Shown one piece after another: positions 39,181 through 48,826 of a stretch of 64,000 nucleotides of DNA. This stretch comes from Bacteroidales bacterium (GTDB lineage Bacteria; Bacteroidota; Bacteroidia; Bacteroidales; UBA1715). The stretch is taken from assembly GCA_045599365.1 (NCBI GenBank), contig JAZRVS010000032.1, positions 236 through 64,235 on the forward strand, written 5' to 3'. Made by a program: the position numbers and the translations under genes. The notes under the pieces were generated by a model. It was given only the letters and a program-made list of their open reading frames with translations, was not told where the DNA came from and made no database searches. Numbering within the stretch: the first letter of the stretch is position 1; each line of letters begins with the position of its first letter.

Positions 39181-39897
39181 ATGAAAATAGCTCTTGTTGG
39201 ATACGGGAAAATGGGAAAAGAAATTGAAAAAATCGCTATAGAACGAGGTCATTCAATTGTCTTAACCATAGATATAAATAATCAAGAAGATTTTACAATA
39301 GAAAATTTAAAAAATGCTGATGTTGTAATTGAATTTACTACACCAAAAACGGCATATAACAATTATCTTCAGTGTTTTAAGGCTGGTGTTCCTGTCGTTT
39401 CTGGCTCTACTGGTTGGACGGATAAATTTGACGAAATAGCTTCTATTTGTAAAGAAACGGGTAATGCTTTCTTTTATTCTTCAAATTATAGTCTTGGTGT
39501 CAATATATTCTTTGAATTGAATAGAAAGCTTGCAGCAATTATGAATAAGTTTCCTCAATATGACGTGTGTGTAGAAGAGGCTCATCACAATCAAAAACTT
39601 GATGCTCCAAGTGGGACAGCAATTACAATAGCGAAAGATATTCTTGCTAATGTTGAACGTAAAAAAGATTGGAGACTTAATGAATTTAAATCAACTGATG
39701 AATTACAAGTTGTTTCAACTCGTTTAGGAACAATTCCAGGAACACATATTGTTACGTACGATTCTGCTGATGATACATTAGAAATCAAACATTCTGCAAA
39801 ATCTCGTCGCGGACTTGCATTTGGTGCTGTTCTTGCTGCAGAGTTTGTAAAGGATAAAAAAGGCGTATTTGGAATGAAGGACTTGTTGGATATATAG
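39181..39897 (+). CDS. dapB: 4-hydroxy-tetrahydrodipicolinate reductase
   Basis: MKIALVGYGKMGKEI, EAHHNQKLDAPSGTA and the matching length. Confidence 0.9.
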   Translation: MKIALVGYGKMGKEIEKIAIERGHSIVLTIDINNQEDFTIENLKNADVVIEFTTPKTAYNNYLQCFKAGVPVVSGSTGWTDKFDEIASICKETGNAFFYSSNYSLGVNIFFELNRKLAAIMNKFPQYDVCVEEAHHNQKLDAPSGTAITIAKDILANVERKKDWRLNEFKSTDELQVVSTRLGTIPGTHIVTYDSADDTLEIKHSAKSRRGLAFGAVLAAEFVKDKKGVFGMKDLLDI

Positions 39898-39918
39898 AAG
39901 AAAATTATACAAGGATAC

Positions 39919-39956
39919 AAAAAAGGATTGGCATTTCTGTCAATCCTTTTTTTTTG
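39919..39956. terminator. bidirectional terminator between convergent dapB and pfp
   Basis: AAAAAGGATTG-gcatttctgt-CAATCCTTTTT, with an A-run on the left and a T-run on the right. Confidence 0.7.
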
Positions 39957-39974
39957 TGTTGATAATTCTAAAAA

Positions 39975-41594
39975 TTATTTGTTTTGTTCAAATTGTAATG
40001 TTTTTGTTGGTTGGTCGCAAACTTCAGATGGACCGAAGTATTGGATTGGACCTGGATATACATAGCAAGTTTCTTTAGCCCAAGTTTCGCGGTTCGCAAC
40101 AAGTGCTTTGAAAGGAGCACCATCCAATTCAACCAAAGCTTTACGGATAACAGGTTTCATTGCTCCGTGACGTTTTTCCATGTTCATCATCATTGTGATA
40201 GGAACACCAGCTGCAATCCATTGATCAGCTGGTTTAGTAGTGTTCTTAATCAATGACATATAACCAGATTTGCCAGAAGCAATCAAGTTAGCTGCATTGA
40301 AACCAAGTGAGTAACAATAGTCAGCGTCGAAGTTAGATGGAGCAGCGCAACGACCTTCGTAACCGAAGAAGTGTCCAAGACCAGAGAATTTACCCGTGTA
40401 TGAACCAGCAGCTTTTCTCTTAGCTAATTCTGTTCTAACCATTTCAATTAACAATTTTTCTGTTTCAATCAAAGAAACTTGTACGTTTCCGTGTGGGTCA
40501 CGTTCAAGAGTTAATTGTTTTTGTACGAAATCTGGAAGAGAAGCGTAAACAGAAGCTGAATTAGCCGAAAGTTTTTTAACGGCAGCAGCAACATCACCAT
40601 TAGTTTCAGCCAATAAGTCGTTCAATTCTTTTATTAAAACTTTCATTTCTGGAATGAATTCAATCAAACCTTCAGGAATCAAAACAACACCGAAGTTGTT
40701 GCCAGCAGCAGCACGAGTTGCAACAGTGTCAGCGATATTACCAACGATTTGAGCTAAAGTCATTTTCTTTGCTTCAACTTCTTCTGAAACGATACAAATG
40801 TTTGGTTGAGTTTGAAGACCGCATTCCAAAGCGATATGAGAAGCCGAGCGACCCATTAATTTGATGAAGTGCCAGTATTTTTTTGCTGAGTTAGCGTCAC
40901 GCATAATGTTACCGATAACTTCAGAGTAAACTTTACAAGCAGTATCGAAACCGAAAGATGTTTCAATTTGGTCGTTTTTCAAATCGCCATCAATTGTTTT
41001 TGGGCAACCGATTACTTGGATGCCTGTATTTTTTTGTAGGTAGTATTCTGCAAGTACACAAGCATTTGTGTTAGAATCATCACCACCGATGATTACTAAT
41101 GCTTTGATACCTAATTTATTACAAATTTCAATTCCTGAATCAAATTGAGAAGTTTCTTCCAATTTTGTACGACCAGAACCAATGATATCAAAACCACCAG
41201 TATTACGATATGCATCAATAATATCAGAAGTTAATTCAATGTATTTATGGTCAATCAATCCGCTAGGTCCACCCAAGAAACCATACAATTTAGCATTTTT
41301 GTTCAACGATTTGATACCGTCAAATAAACCAGAAATAACATTGTGTCCACCAGGAGCTTGACCACCTGAAAGAATAACACCAACATTAAAATCTCCCATT
41401 GCCATTTTCGATGCAGCTTCTTCGAAAGTTACGATAGGCATGCCGTACGTGTTAGGAAATAATTTTTTGATTTCTTCTTGGTTAGCAACAGATTGAGTTG
41501 CCTTACCTTCTTTAAGAACTACACCACCTTTGAAAGCTTTTGGCAATTTAGGTTGATACGCAGCTCTTGCTTTTTGTAATGCACTAATAGCCAT
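39975..41594 (-). CDS. pfp: diphosphate--fructose-6-phosphate 1-phosphotransferase (PPi-dependent PFK)
   Basis: 539 aa with GGDDSNT, PKTIDGD and MGR motifs, and the long-form PPi-PFK N-terminus [14 protein letters not shown]. Confidence 0.9.
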   Translation of the reverse strand: MAISALQKARAAYQPKLPKAFKGGVVLKEGKATQSVANQEEIKKLFPNTYGMPIVTFEEAASKMAMGDFNVGVILSGGQAPGGHNVISGLFDGIKSLNKNAKLYGFLGGPSGLIDHKYIELTSDIIDAYRNTGGFDIIGSGRTKLEETSQFDSGIEICNKLGIKALVIIGGDDSNTNACVLAEYYLQKNTGIQVIGCPKTIDGDLKNDQIETSFGFDTACKVYSEVIGNIMRDANSAKKYWHFIKLMGRSASHIALECGLQTQPNICIVSEEVEAKKMTLAQIVGNIADTVATRAAAGNNFGVVLIPEGLIEFIPEMKVLIKELNDLLAETNGDVAAAVKKLSANSASVYASLPDFVQKQLTLERDPHGNVQVSLIETEKLLIEMVRTELAKRKAAGSYTGKFSGLGHFFGYEGRCAAPSNFDADYCYSLGFNAANLIASGKSGYMSLIKNTTKPADQWIAAGVPITMMMNMEKRHGAMKPVIRKALVELDGAPFKALVANRETWAKETCYVYPGPIQYFGPSEVCDQPTKTLQFEQNK

Positions 41595-41640
41595 GTATTT
41601 AATAATTTAATTATACTTTGTTTAATGTTTGCGAAGATAC

Positions 41641-41648
41641 AAAAATAT
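41641..41648 (-). promoter_or_regulatory. -7 element TATTTTTG (minus strand) for pfp
   Basis: TAnnTTTG, 47 nt upstream of start 41594. Confidence 0.4.
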
Positions 41649-41762
41649 TCAATATAAGGATGAGAAGAATATAGATATATTTTGTTTGTGTAAGAAAAAA
41701 TGTATCTATGCGTTCTATTGCCTAAAAAATCGTATATTAGCGAAATTTTTTATCGTACGTTC

Positions 41763-44135
41763 ATGTGGGTTAAGTTTGCACGTATCATATTAAAAAATAG
41801 ATTGACAATTATTGTTGTCTTGTCGATATTGACACTTGGAATGGCGTTTGAAGCTTCAAGAGTCAAATTGTCGTATGAATATGTTTCAATGTTGCCGCAA
41901 ACGGACACTTCGTATCGTCAGTTTGCTCAATTTAAAAAAGATTTTGGTTCTGATGCTAATGGGTTAATCATTGGCTTAAAGACAAAAGATTTATTTACCC
42001 TACAAACATTCAATTCATTTATTGAGATGTGTGATACAATTCACAAACTTGAAGGTGTTGATAATGTAATGTCGGTTGGGCAAGCAGTACAAATTGAAGG
42101 CTCTAAAATAACGAAATTTTTTGAGGAAAAACCTCAAACTCAAGAAGAACTAGATTCCATTTCCCAGTTGATATTATCGCAGCCATTGTATCGTGGAATG
42201 TTGTTTAGTGAAGATACAACGACATTCGTTACACTATTAACTATGCGACAATCTATTTTGGATAGTCCTGCGAGAGAAGGTTTAATAGCTCATATTCAAG
42301 AAATTGTAAATGCTTTTTCTCAATCCGAAAATATTGAAACATTTTTCACAGGAATGCCTTATATCCGTACACAAACGTCACTTAAGTTACAAAACGAACT
42401 TGTGATGTTTATTGTTATGGCTGTTTTGGTATGTGCAATAATTTTATTACTAGTTTTTCGCTCACTCAAAAATACACTATTTTCAATGGTTGTTGTGGCT
42501 GTATCGGTTGTTTGGGTTCTTGGTTGGATGGGAATGTTCAAGTACGAAATTTCTGCAATGAGTTCTATGTTGCCACCTCTTATTATTGTAATAAGTGTGC
42601 CAAATTGTGTCTTTTTCTTGAATAAGTATCATCAGGAATTTTCAGTTCATGGAAATAAGATAAAAGCATTACAGCGAACAATATATAAGGTCGGTAATGC
42701 GGTGTTTTTATCAAATTTAACAACGTCAATAGGTTTCTTTACATTTATATTTACAAGTAGCCCAATTTTGAAAGAGTTTGGTATTGTCGCAACTCTTGGT
42801 ATTATGGGGGTTTTTGTATTTTCAATGTTAATAATGTCAATTGTGTATAGTTTCTTACCTTCTCCAACATATAGCGAGTTGAAACATCTTGAGAGTAAGA
42901 TGTTTACGAAGGTTGTTGACTTTATTTTGAATGTAACGGAAAATCGAAGAACTATTGTATATGTTTCAACGGTAGTTTTGCTTGTGATTGCGTTAGTTGG
43001 TGCTTCGCAAATAAAATCAACGGGCTATGTTGTTGACGATTTGCCACAAGATGATGCGATTATGAAGGATTTGAAGTATGCTGAGGAGAAATTTAAAGGG
43101 GTTCTTCCTCTTGAGTTTCAAATTGAAGATACTGCAAAAATCAATTTGATGACAGATAGAGCGTTCTTAAAGAGAATGCAACGTTTTACAGATAGTTTAG
43201 GAAATTATCCAGAGGTGGCGAAACCATTGTCTATTATTGACTTTTTGAAGTTTGCTTGGCAATCTAACAATGGAGGAAAACCTGAGTATTATACGTTACC
43301 AAATTCAACGGATATGTTTTTCAAAAATAAGTTGAAAAAGTTGGTAAAAGGGTCTTCTGAAGGTTTAGGTTCTCTTCAGTATTCATTGGTTGATTCAACA
43401 GGAAAAAAAGTACGTATTCGTTGCTCTGCTCAAGATATAGGAACGAATAGGATGGCAGATTTGGAAAGTCGATTAAGAACCGATTTGGATTCTGTCTTCC
43501 CAACAGATCGCTATAAAACACTGATAACTGGAACAAGTTCAATATATTTTAAGGGAACGCAATATTTGTTGAAAAATTTGTATGTAAGTTTGGCTTTGGC
43601 TATTGTGATTATTGCATTCTTTATGGCATTGTTATTCCGATCAAAACGAATGGTGTTGGTTTCGTTAATCCCAAATATTTTACCATTATTTTTTACAGCT
43701 GCATTGATGGGATTTATTGGTATTCCAATAAAATTGACAACAATATTTGTGTTTAGTGTCGCTTTTGGTATTTCTGTTGATGATACTATTCATTTGTTGT
43801 CGCGTTATCGACAAGAATTAAAGAATTCAAATGGTGTAATTCATGAATCGGTACTTTCTGCGGTTCGAGAAACATCTCCAAGTATGATTTCAACTTCAAT
43901 AATATTGTTTTTCGGATTTATGGTCTTCTCGTTCTCCGAATTTGGCGGGACTCAAGCAATGGGAATTTTGGTTTCATTGACTTTATTGTTTGCAATGTTA
44001 TTCAATAACTTGTTGCTACCAAGTTTGTTGCTTTCTTTGGATAAAAGAATTACAACAAAGCATTTTCAAGAACCCTTGTTGGATATCTATAACGAAGAAG
44101 AAGATATAGAGTTGGAGGATTTACAAATAGAGTAG
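41763..44135 (+). CDS. MMPL/RND-superfamily transporter (two 6-TM bundles, SSD-like)
   Basis: About 790 aa with two hydrophobic blocks separated by large soluble loops. GISVDDTIHLLSRY is an RND/MMPL-type motif. Start moved to the ATG at 41763. Confidence 0.7.
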   Translation: MWVKFARIILKNRLTIIVVLSILTLGMAFEASRVKLSYEYVSMLPQTDTSYRQFAQFKKDFGSDANGLIIGLKTKDLFTLQTFNSFIEMCDTIHKLEGVDNVMSVGQAVQIEGSKITKFFEEKPQTQEELDSISQLILSQPLYRGMLFSEDTTTFVTLLTMRQSILDSPAREGLIAHIQEIVNAFSQSENIETFFTGMPYIRTQTSLKLQNELVMFIVMAVLVCAIILLLVFRSLKNTLFSMVVVAVSVVWVLGWMGMFKYEISAMSSMLPPLIIVISVPNCVFFLNKYHQEFSVHGNKIKALQRTIYKVGNAVFLSNLTTSIGFFTFIFTSSPILKEFGIVATLGIMGVFVFSMLIMSIVYSFLPSPTYSELKHLESKMFTKVVDFILNVTENRRTIVYVSTVVLLVIALVGASQIKSTGYVVDDLPQDDAIMKDLKYAEEKFKGVLPLEFQIEDTAKINLMTDRAFLKRMQRFTDSLGNYPEVAKPLSIIDFLKFAWQSNNGGKPEYYTLPNSTDMFFKNKLKKLVKGSSEGLGSLQYSLVDSTGKKVRIRCSAQDIGTNRMADLESRLRTDLDSVFPTDRYKTLITGTSSIYFKGTQYLLKNLYVSLALAIVIIAFFMALLFRSKRMVLVSLIPNILPLFFTAALMGFIGIPIKLTTIFVFSVAFGISVDDTIHLLSRYRQELKNSNGVIHESVLSAVRETSPSMISTSIILFFGFMVFSFSEFGGTQAMGILVSLTLLFAMLFNNLLLPSLLLSLDKRITTKHFQEPLLDIYNEEEDIELEDLQIE

Positions 44136-44138
44136 CCT

Positions 44139-45086
44139 ATGAAGACATATATACTTGTAACTGGTGGGGCAGGGTTTATTGGTAGTTATTTGGTTGAACG
44201 TTTGCTTAAAAACGAAGAATATTATGTGGTCGTAGCAGACAATCTTTCTACTGGAGATAGAAGAAAATTACCTCCAAGTTCAACACCTCAATTCAAATTT
44301 ATTCATTGCGATGTGAATGATTACAAAAGTATTGCGTCGGTTATGCAGGCATATCGTTTTGATTATGTGTTTCATTATGCTGCTGTGGTTGGAGTACAAC
44401 GCACGCAACAACATCCAATACAAGTATTGCAAGATATAGTGGGATTGGATAATATCTGTAAACTTTCAAAAGTTACAGGCGTAAAACGATTGTTCTTTTC
44501 TTCTTCTTCTGAAGTGTATGGAGAACCATTTGAAATACCACAACGTGTTGATACAACACCTCTTAACTCGCGTGTGCCATACGCGGTAGTTAAAAATATT
44601 GGTGAGGCATATCTTCGTTCGTATTATCAGGAATATGGTATGGAATATTCAATATTCCGCTTTTTTAATACGTATGGTCCGCGACAGAGTCTTGATTTTG
44701 TGATGAGCAAATTCTTGATTAGTGCTATGAAAGATGAGGATATTACTATTTATGGAGATGGAACTCAAACCCGTACGTTTTGCTACATTGATGATAATGT
44801 AGAAGCTTGTGTGAATGCGTTTGAGAAAAATTTAATGATAAATGAAGTTGCAAATATAGGTGGCGATCATGAAATAATGATAAAAGATTTGGCGCAACTT
44901 ATTATTAGCAAAACAAATTCAAAATCAAAAATAGTTTATTTACCACCTTTGAAGGATGGTGATATGAAACGACGTTGTCCAGATAATGAATATATGAAAA
45001 CGACCTTGCTTGCTCGACCGCTTACGACATTGGATGATGGGATTGACAAAATGCTCGAACAAGGTTTGTTTGATATGAATAGATAA
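44139..45086 (+). CDS. NAD-dependent epimerase/dehydratase (UDP-glucuronate-decarboxylase-like SDR)
   Basis: ILVTGGAGFIGSYL Rossmann motif and YAVVK catalytic YxxxK. Confidence 0.8.
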   Translation: MKTYILVTGGAGFIGSYLVERLLKNEEYYVVVADNLSTGDRRKLPPSSTPQFKFIHCDVNDYKSIASVMQAYRFDYVFHYAAVVGVQRTQQHPIQVLQDIVGLDNICKLSKVTGVKRLFFSSSSEVYGEPFEIPQRVDTTPLNSRVPYAVVKNIGEAYLRSYYQEYGMEYSIFRFFNTYGPRQSLDFVMSKFLISAMKDEDITIYGDGTQTRTFCYIDDNVEACVNAFEKNLMINEVANIGGDHEIMIKDLAQLIISKTNSKSKIVYLPPLKDGDMKRRCPDNEYMKTTLLARPLTTLDDGIDKMLEQGLFDMNR

Positions 45087-45091
45087 TTGAA

Positions 45092-46087
45092 ATGAAAAGT
45101 TTAGAGTCATATCAATCTTACATAAATGCAGCTTTGCTCAATCGTTTACAAAGTGGAGATTTTGATGAACCAGCAGGTCTATACGAACCTTGTAAATATA
45201 TTTTGCAAAATGGAGGAAAACGTGTGCGTGCCTCTTTAGTGCTACTTGCAACAAAAATGTTTTCAAACAAATTTGAGACATCTTTGCCAATTGCATTAGC
45301 ATTTGAAACATTTCATAATTTTACGTTGATTCACGATGATATTATGGATAAAGCACCTATTCGTCGTGGTCTGCCAACCGTACATATAAAGTGGGATGAA
45401 AATACAGCAATTCTTTCTGGAGATGCGGTAATGATTATTGCATATCGTTTTTTTGAAGAATCAGGAAATTTTGTTCCTCAATTGTTTAAATTGTTGAATA
45501 AGACTGCATTAGAAGTGTGTGAAGGTCAACAATATGACATTGAATTAGAAAAAGCATCTTTGTCTGATTCAATTGTTAACGAGTCTATGTATTTGAAAAT
45601 GATTGAATTGAAGACATCTGTGCTTTTGGCTGCTTGTTTGAAAGCTGGAGCGATAGCTGGTGGAGCGACACAAGAAGATGCAGATAGAATATACGAAGTC
45701 GGACGGTTAATTGGTGTTGCGTTTCAACTACAAGATGATATACTTGATACATACGGAAATCAAGCTACATTTGGAAAGAAGATTGGTGGTGATATTTGTG
45801 TGAACAAAAAAACATATTTGCTTATCAAGGCGTTGGAAACATTAAAAGATGGTAAAAAACAACAACTACAAGCATTGATGCAGTTACCAGAAACAACCAA
45901 TCAAATTGAAAAATTCAATAAGGTAGTTACTTTGTATAATGAAGCTGACGTAAAAGAGCAAACAAAAGAACTTATACAAACTTATTTTAATAAAGCATTG
46001 CAATTGGTAGAGGAAATTACTGTTGCAGAATCTCAAAAGATTGAGTTAAAATTGTTTATGAACGAATTGCTTAATCGAGAGTATTAA
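45092..46087 (+). CDS. polyprenyl diphosphate synthase (trans-IPPS)
   Basis: Two aspartate-rich motifs, LIHDDIMD and LQDDILD. Confidence 0.85.
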   Translation: MKSLESYQSYINAALLNRLQSGDFDEPAGLYEPCKYILQNGGKRVRASLVLLATKMFSNKFETSLPIALAFETFHNFTLIHDDIMDKAPIRRGLPTVHIKWDENTAILSGDAVMIIAYRFFEESGNFVPQLFKLLNKTALEVCEGQQYDIELEKASLSDSIVNESMYLKMIELKTSVLLAACLKAGAIAGGATQEDADRIYEVGRLIGVAFQLQDDILDTYGNQATFGKKIGGDICVNKKTYLLIKALETLKDGKKQQLQALMQLPETTNQIEKFNKVVTLYNEADVKEQTKELIQTYFNKALQLVEEITVAESQKIELKLFMNELLNREY

Positions 46088-46187
46088 TTTAGTGATTAAC
46101 GATTAGTGATTAACTCATAACTCTTAATTCTTAATTCTAAATTCTTAACTCTTAACTCTTAATTCTTAATTCTTAATTCTTAACTCT
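46088..46187 (+). repeat. post-stop-codon repeat: header TTTAGTGATTAACGATTAGTGATTAA plus 9 tandem 7-mers (YTCTTAA)
   Basis: By direct count from 46121: ctcttaa ttcttaa ttctaaa ttcttaa ctcttaa ctcttaa ttcttaa ttcttaa ttcttaa. The module starts at the base after the TAA stop of the upstream gene. Confidence 0.85.
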
Positions 46188-46248
46188 ACTTTACCTCCAT
46201 CCTTTATAAAATTTACTATCAATATGCGTATTGTTAGCAATTATTTTA

Positions 46249-46256
46249 TACCTTTG
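46249..46256 (+). promoter_or_regulatory. -7 element TACCTTTG for bamD-rpoZ-coaBC
   Basis: TAnnTTTG, 20 nt upstream of ATG 46276. Confidence 0.45.
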
Positions 46257-46275
46257 CTCGGTTTTATGTGGACGT

Positions 46276-47058
46276 ATGCGTAGGTTGTTGTACATATTGG
46301 TGTTGCTGTCATTTGTGGCTTGTCAGAGTGAGTATCAAAAGCTTATCAAGTCAGATGATTACGATGCTATGTATGAAGGTGCTCTAAAATATTACGAAGC
46401 AAAAGACTTCTATAAAAGTTACGAGTTGTTTGAAAAAATACTGCCAGCATTTCGATTGTCCGAAAAAGGTGAAAATATAACGATGATGTTGGCAAAAAGT
46501 TATTATGAAGAAGGGGATTTCTTGATGTCGGCATATTATTTTGAACGTTTTATTTTAACATATCCTACAAGTAATCAGTTGGAGTATGCGTATTACTATG
46601 ATGGTATTTGTTACTACAATATTTCTCCTGTTGTAACTCTTGATCAAACATATACAGATAAGGCAATTGGTTGTTTTCAATTGTATATCAATAAGTTCCC
46701 GCAGGGAGCGTTTGTTTCTGAAAGTAATGAATATATTGGAACACTTCGTAATAAACTAGAGGAAAAGGCATATAATAATAGTAAGATTTACTATAACTTA
46801 GAGGATTACAAGGCAGCGGTAACCGCATTAAAAAATTGCTTGAAACAATATCCTGATTCAAAATATAGAGAAGAATTATTATTTTTGACGCTCCGTTCAT
46901 CGTATTTGTTGGCTGAAAATAGCGTAGAATCAAAAAAAGACGAACGCTACGATCTTGCAACAGATGACTATCACGCGTATATTGACGAATATCCCAATGG
47001 GAAGTGGGCAAAGGATGCAGAAAAAATTTATATACAAATAAGAAAAAGAACAAAATAA
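46276..47058 (+). CDS. bamD: outer-membrane protein assembly factor BamD (TPR lipoprotein)
   Basis: Lipobox LLSFVAC plus TPR-like repeats, and conserved bamD-rpoZ-coaBC synteny. Confidence 0.75.
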   Translation: MRRLLYILVLLSFVACQSEYQKLIKSDDYDAMYEGALKYYEAKDFYKSYELFEKILPAFRLSEKGENITMMLAKSYYEEGDFLMSAYYFERFILTYPTSNQLEYAYYYDGICYYNISPVVTLDQTYTDKAIGCFQLYINKFPQGAFVSESNEYIGTLRNKLEEKAYNNSKIYYNLEDYKAAVTALKNCLKQYPDSKYREELLFLTLRSSYLLAENSVESKKDERYDLATDDYHAYIDEYPNGKWAKDAEKIYIQIRKRTK

Positions 47059-47069
47059 ATTATATAGAA

Positions 47070-47399
47070 ATGGATTACAAAAAATCAAAAGCTCCATCAT
47101 CAACGATTACGAGAGAAGTTGAGACTTTGGAAAAAGGTACAAACAACATCTACGAATCGATTGCTATTATTGCCAAACGTGCTGATCAAATTGAAACAGA
47201 TTTGAAAAAGGAACTTGACAATAAATTGGCTGAATTTGCGTCTGTAAACGATTCTATGGAGGAAACGTTTGAAAATCGTGAACAAATAGAGATTTCAAAA
47301 TTCTACGAAAAATTGCCAAATCCAGTTCTTATGGCAATAGAAGAATTTCTTGAAGATCAAATTTACTATAGAAAACCAGTAGAAGAAACTGAAGCATAG
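47070..47399 (+). CDS. rpoZ: RNA polymerase omega-subunit-like protein
   Basis: NIYESIAIIAKRADQI resembles the RpoZ N-Y-x-L-x3-A-x-KRA-x-Q motif. Start at the ATG at 47070. Confidence 0.6.
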   Translation: MDYKKSKAPSSTITREVETLEKGTNNIYESIAIIAKRADQIETDLKKELDNKLAEFASVNDSMEETFENREQIEISKFYEKLPNPVLMAIEEFLEDQIYYRKPVEETEA

Positions 47400-48591
47400 T
47401 GCTTAACGGAAAGCATATATTATTAGGTATAACGGGAAGTATTGCCGCTTACAAGGCTGCAACACTCACTCGTTTGCTTATTAAACAAGGCGCAACGGTT
47501 AAGATTGTAATGACTCCTCTTGCCAAAGAGTTCATTACTCCAGTTACATTAGCAACGCTTAGTAAAAATACAGTATTGTGTGATTTCTTTCATCATGACG
47601 ATGGAAGTTGGAATAGTCACGTAGAATTAGGTTTATGGGCTGATGTATTTATTGTTGCGCCATGTACTGCAAATTCTTTAGCAAAAATGGCTAATGGAAT
47701 CGCAGATAATTTATTGCTAACGTCTTATTTGTCTGTGCGTTGTCCAGTAGTTGTCGCTCCTGCAATGGATATGGATATGTATGCTCATAAGGCAACCCAA
47801 CGAAATATTGAAGCTTTGAAAAATGATGGCGTTTCGTTTATAGAACCGACATCTGGAGAATTGGCAAGTGGACTTGATGGTAAAGGGCGTATGGCAGAAC
47901 CCGAAGCCATTGCACAATGGCTCTCTGATTTCTTTGACCAAAAGGAATCATTAAAAAAAAAATTCTAATAACGGCGGGGCCAACGTATGAGTCAATTGAT
48001 CCAGTCCGTTTTATTGGAAACTATTCTACAGGAAAAATGGGATTCGCAATTGCAGAGGAAGCCGCGAATCGTGGTGCTGAGATTTTGCTGATTGCGGGAC
48101 CTGTACAACTCAAAACGACCCATCCGAATATCACTCGTATTGATGTAAAGTCTGCCCAAGAAATGTGCGATGCTTGCTTGCATTATTTCCCTCAGATGGA
48201 TGCTGCTATTTTGAGTGCCGCGGTTGCTGATTTTACACCTGTAACGAAATACAATCTTAAAATCAAAGAGAAACAATCTCTTACAATAGAATTAAAACCA
48301 AATCCTGATATTGCTCAAAATTTGGGACAAATAAAAAAACAAAATCAAGTGTTAGTCGGTTTTGCTTTAGAAACTAATGACGAATTTGAGCATGCCAAGG
48401 GAAAACTTGAACGAAAAAATTTCGATTTTATCGTGTTAAATTCGTTAGCCGATAAAGGTGCTGGTTTTGGTTACGATACCAATAAAGTTACAATAATCAA
48501 ACGTTCAGGAGATGTAAAGAACTTCGACTTGAAATCAAAAAAAGAGGTTGCAAAAGATATTGTTGACGAGTTGGAAAAATTTATGGCGTGA
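47399..48591 (+). pseudogene. coaBC: coaBC (phosphopantothenoylcysteine decarboxylase / phosphopantothenate-cysteine ligase) interrupted by a frameshift in an A10 run at 47953-47962
   Basis: ORF 47399-47968 is the CoaC flavoprotein half (ILLGITGSIAAYKA). The other frame is open from 47938 and reads KKKILITAGPTYESIDPVRFIGNYSTGKMGFAIAEEA, the conserved CoaB N-terminus, with no ATG/GTG/TTG start codon before the internal Met at 48037. One extra A would fuse the two halves. Confidence 0.75.
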
Positions 48592-48656
48592 TACGAAATT
48601 TGTGTCGGTAACTCCATTATTTTCTGTGTTATTATGGATATTCCCAATAATATGTG

Positions 48657-48664
48657 TAACTTTG
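48657..48664 (+). promoter_or_regulatory. candidate -7 element TAACTTTG for the polysaccharide operon (long leader)
   Basis: This was the only TAnnTTTG match noticed by eye in the 48592-48826 gap. It would give a ~155-nt leader before upxY, and long leaders are usual for UpxY-controlled operons. Confidence 0.35.
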
Positions 48665-48826
48665 TATGTTGCACAACGATTCATTTGGTATGGCTTACCA
48701 ACGTGGACTTTTTATGATTGAATTATAAGAAATTTTGTTGTAGTAAGAAAATACACATTGATAGTCGTGTAAAATTGACTAAAATAAAGATTGTCCTTTT
48801 AATCTCAGCTGGATAGCAGATTAAAA

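Noticed and set aside
47399-48591. Naturally separate coaC and coaB genes (as in some Firmicutes)
   Set aside because: The conserved N-terminal ~30 residues of the CoaB domain are encoded between the two ORFs, in the downstream frame, with no ATG/GTG/TTG start codon. The break falls exactly in an A10 run. A frameshift explains the data better.
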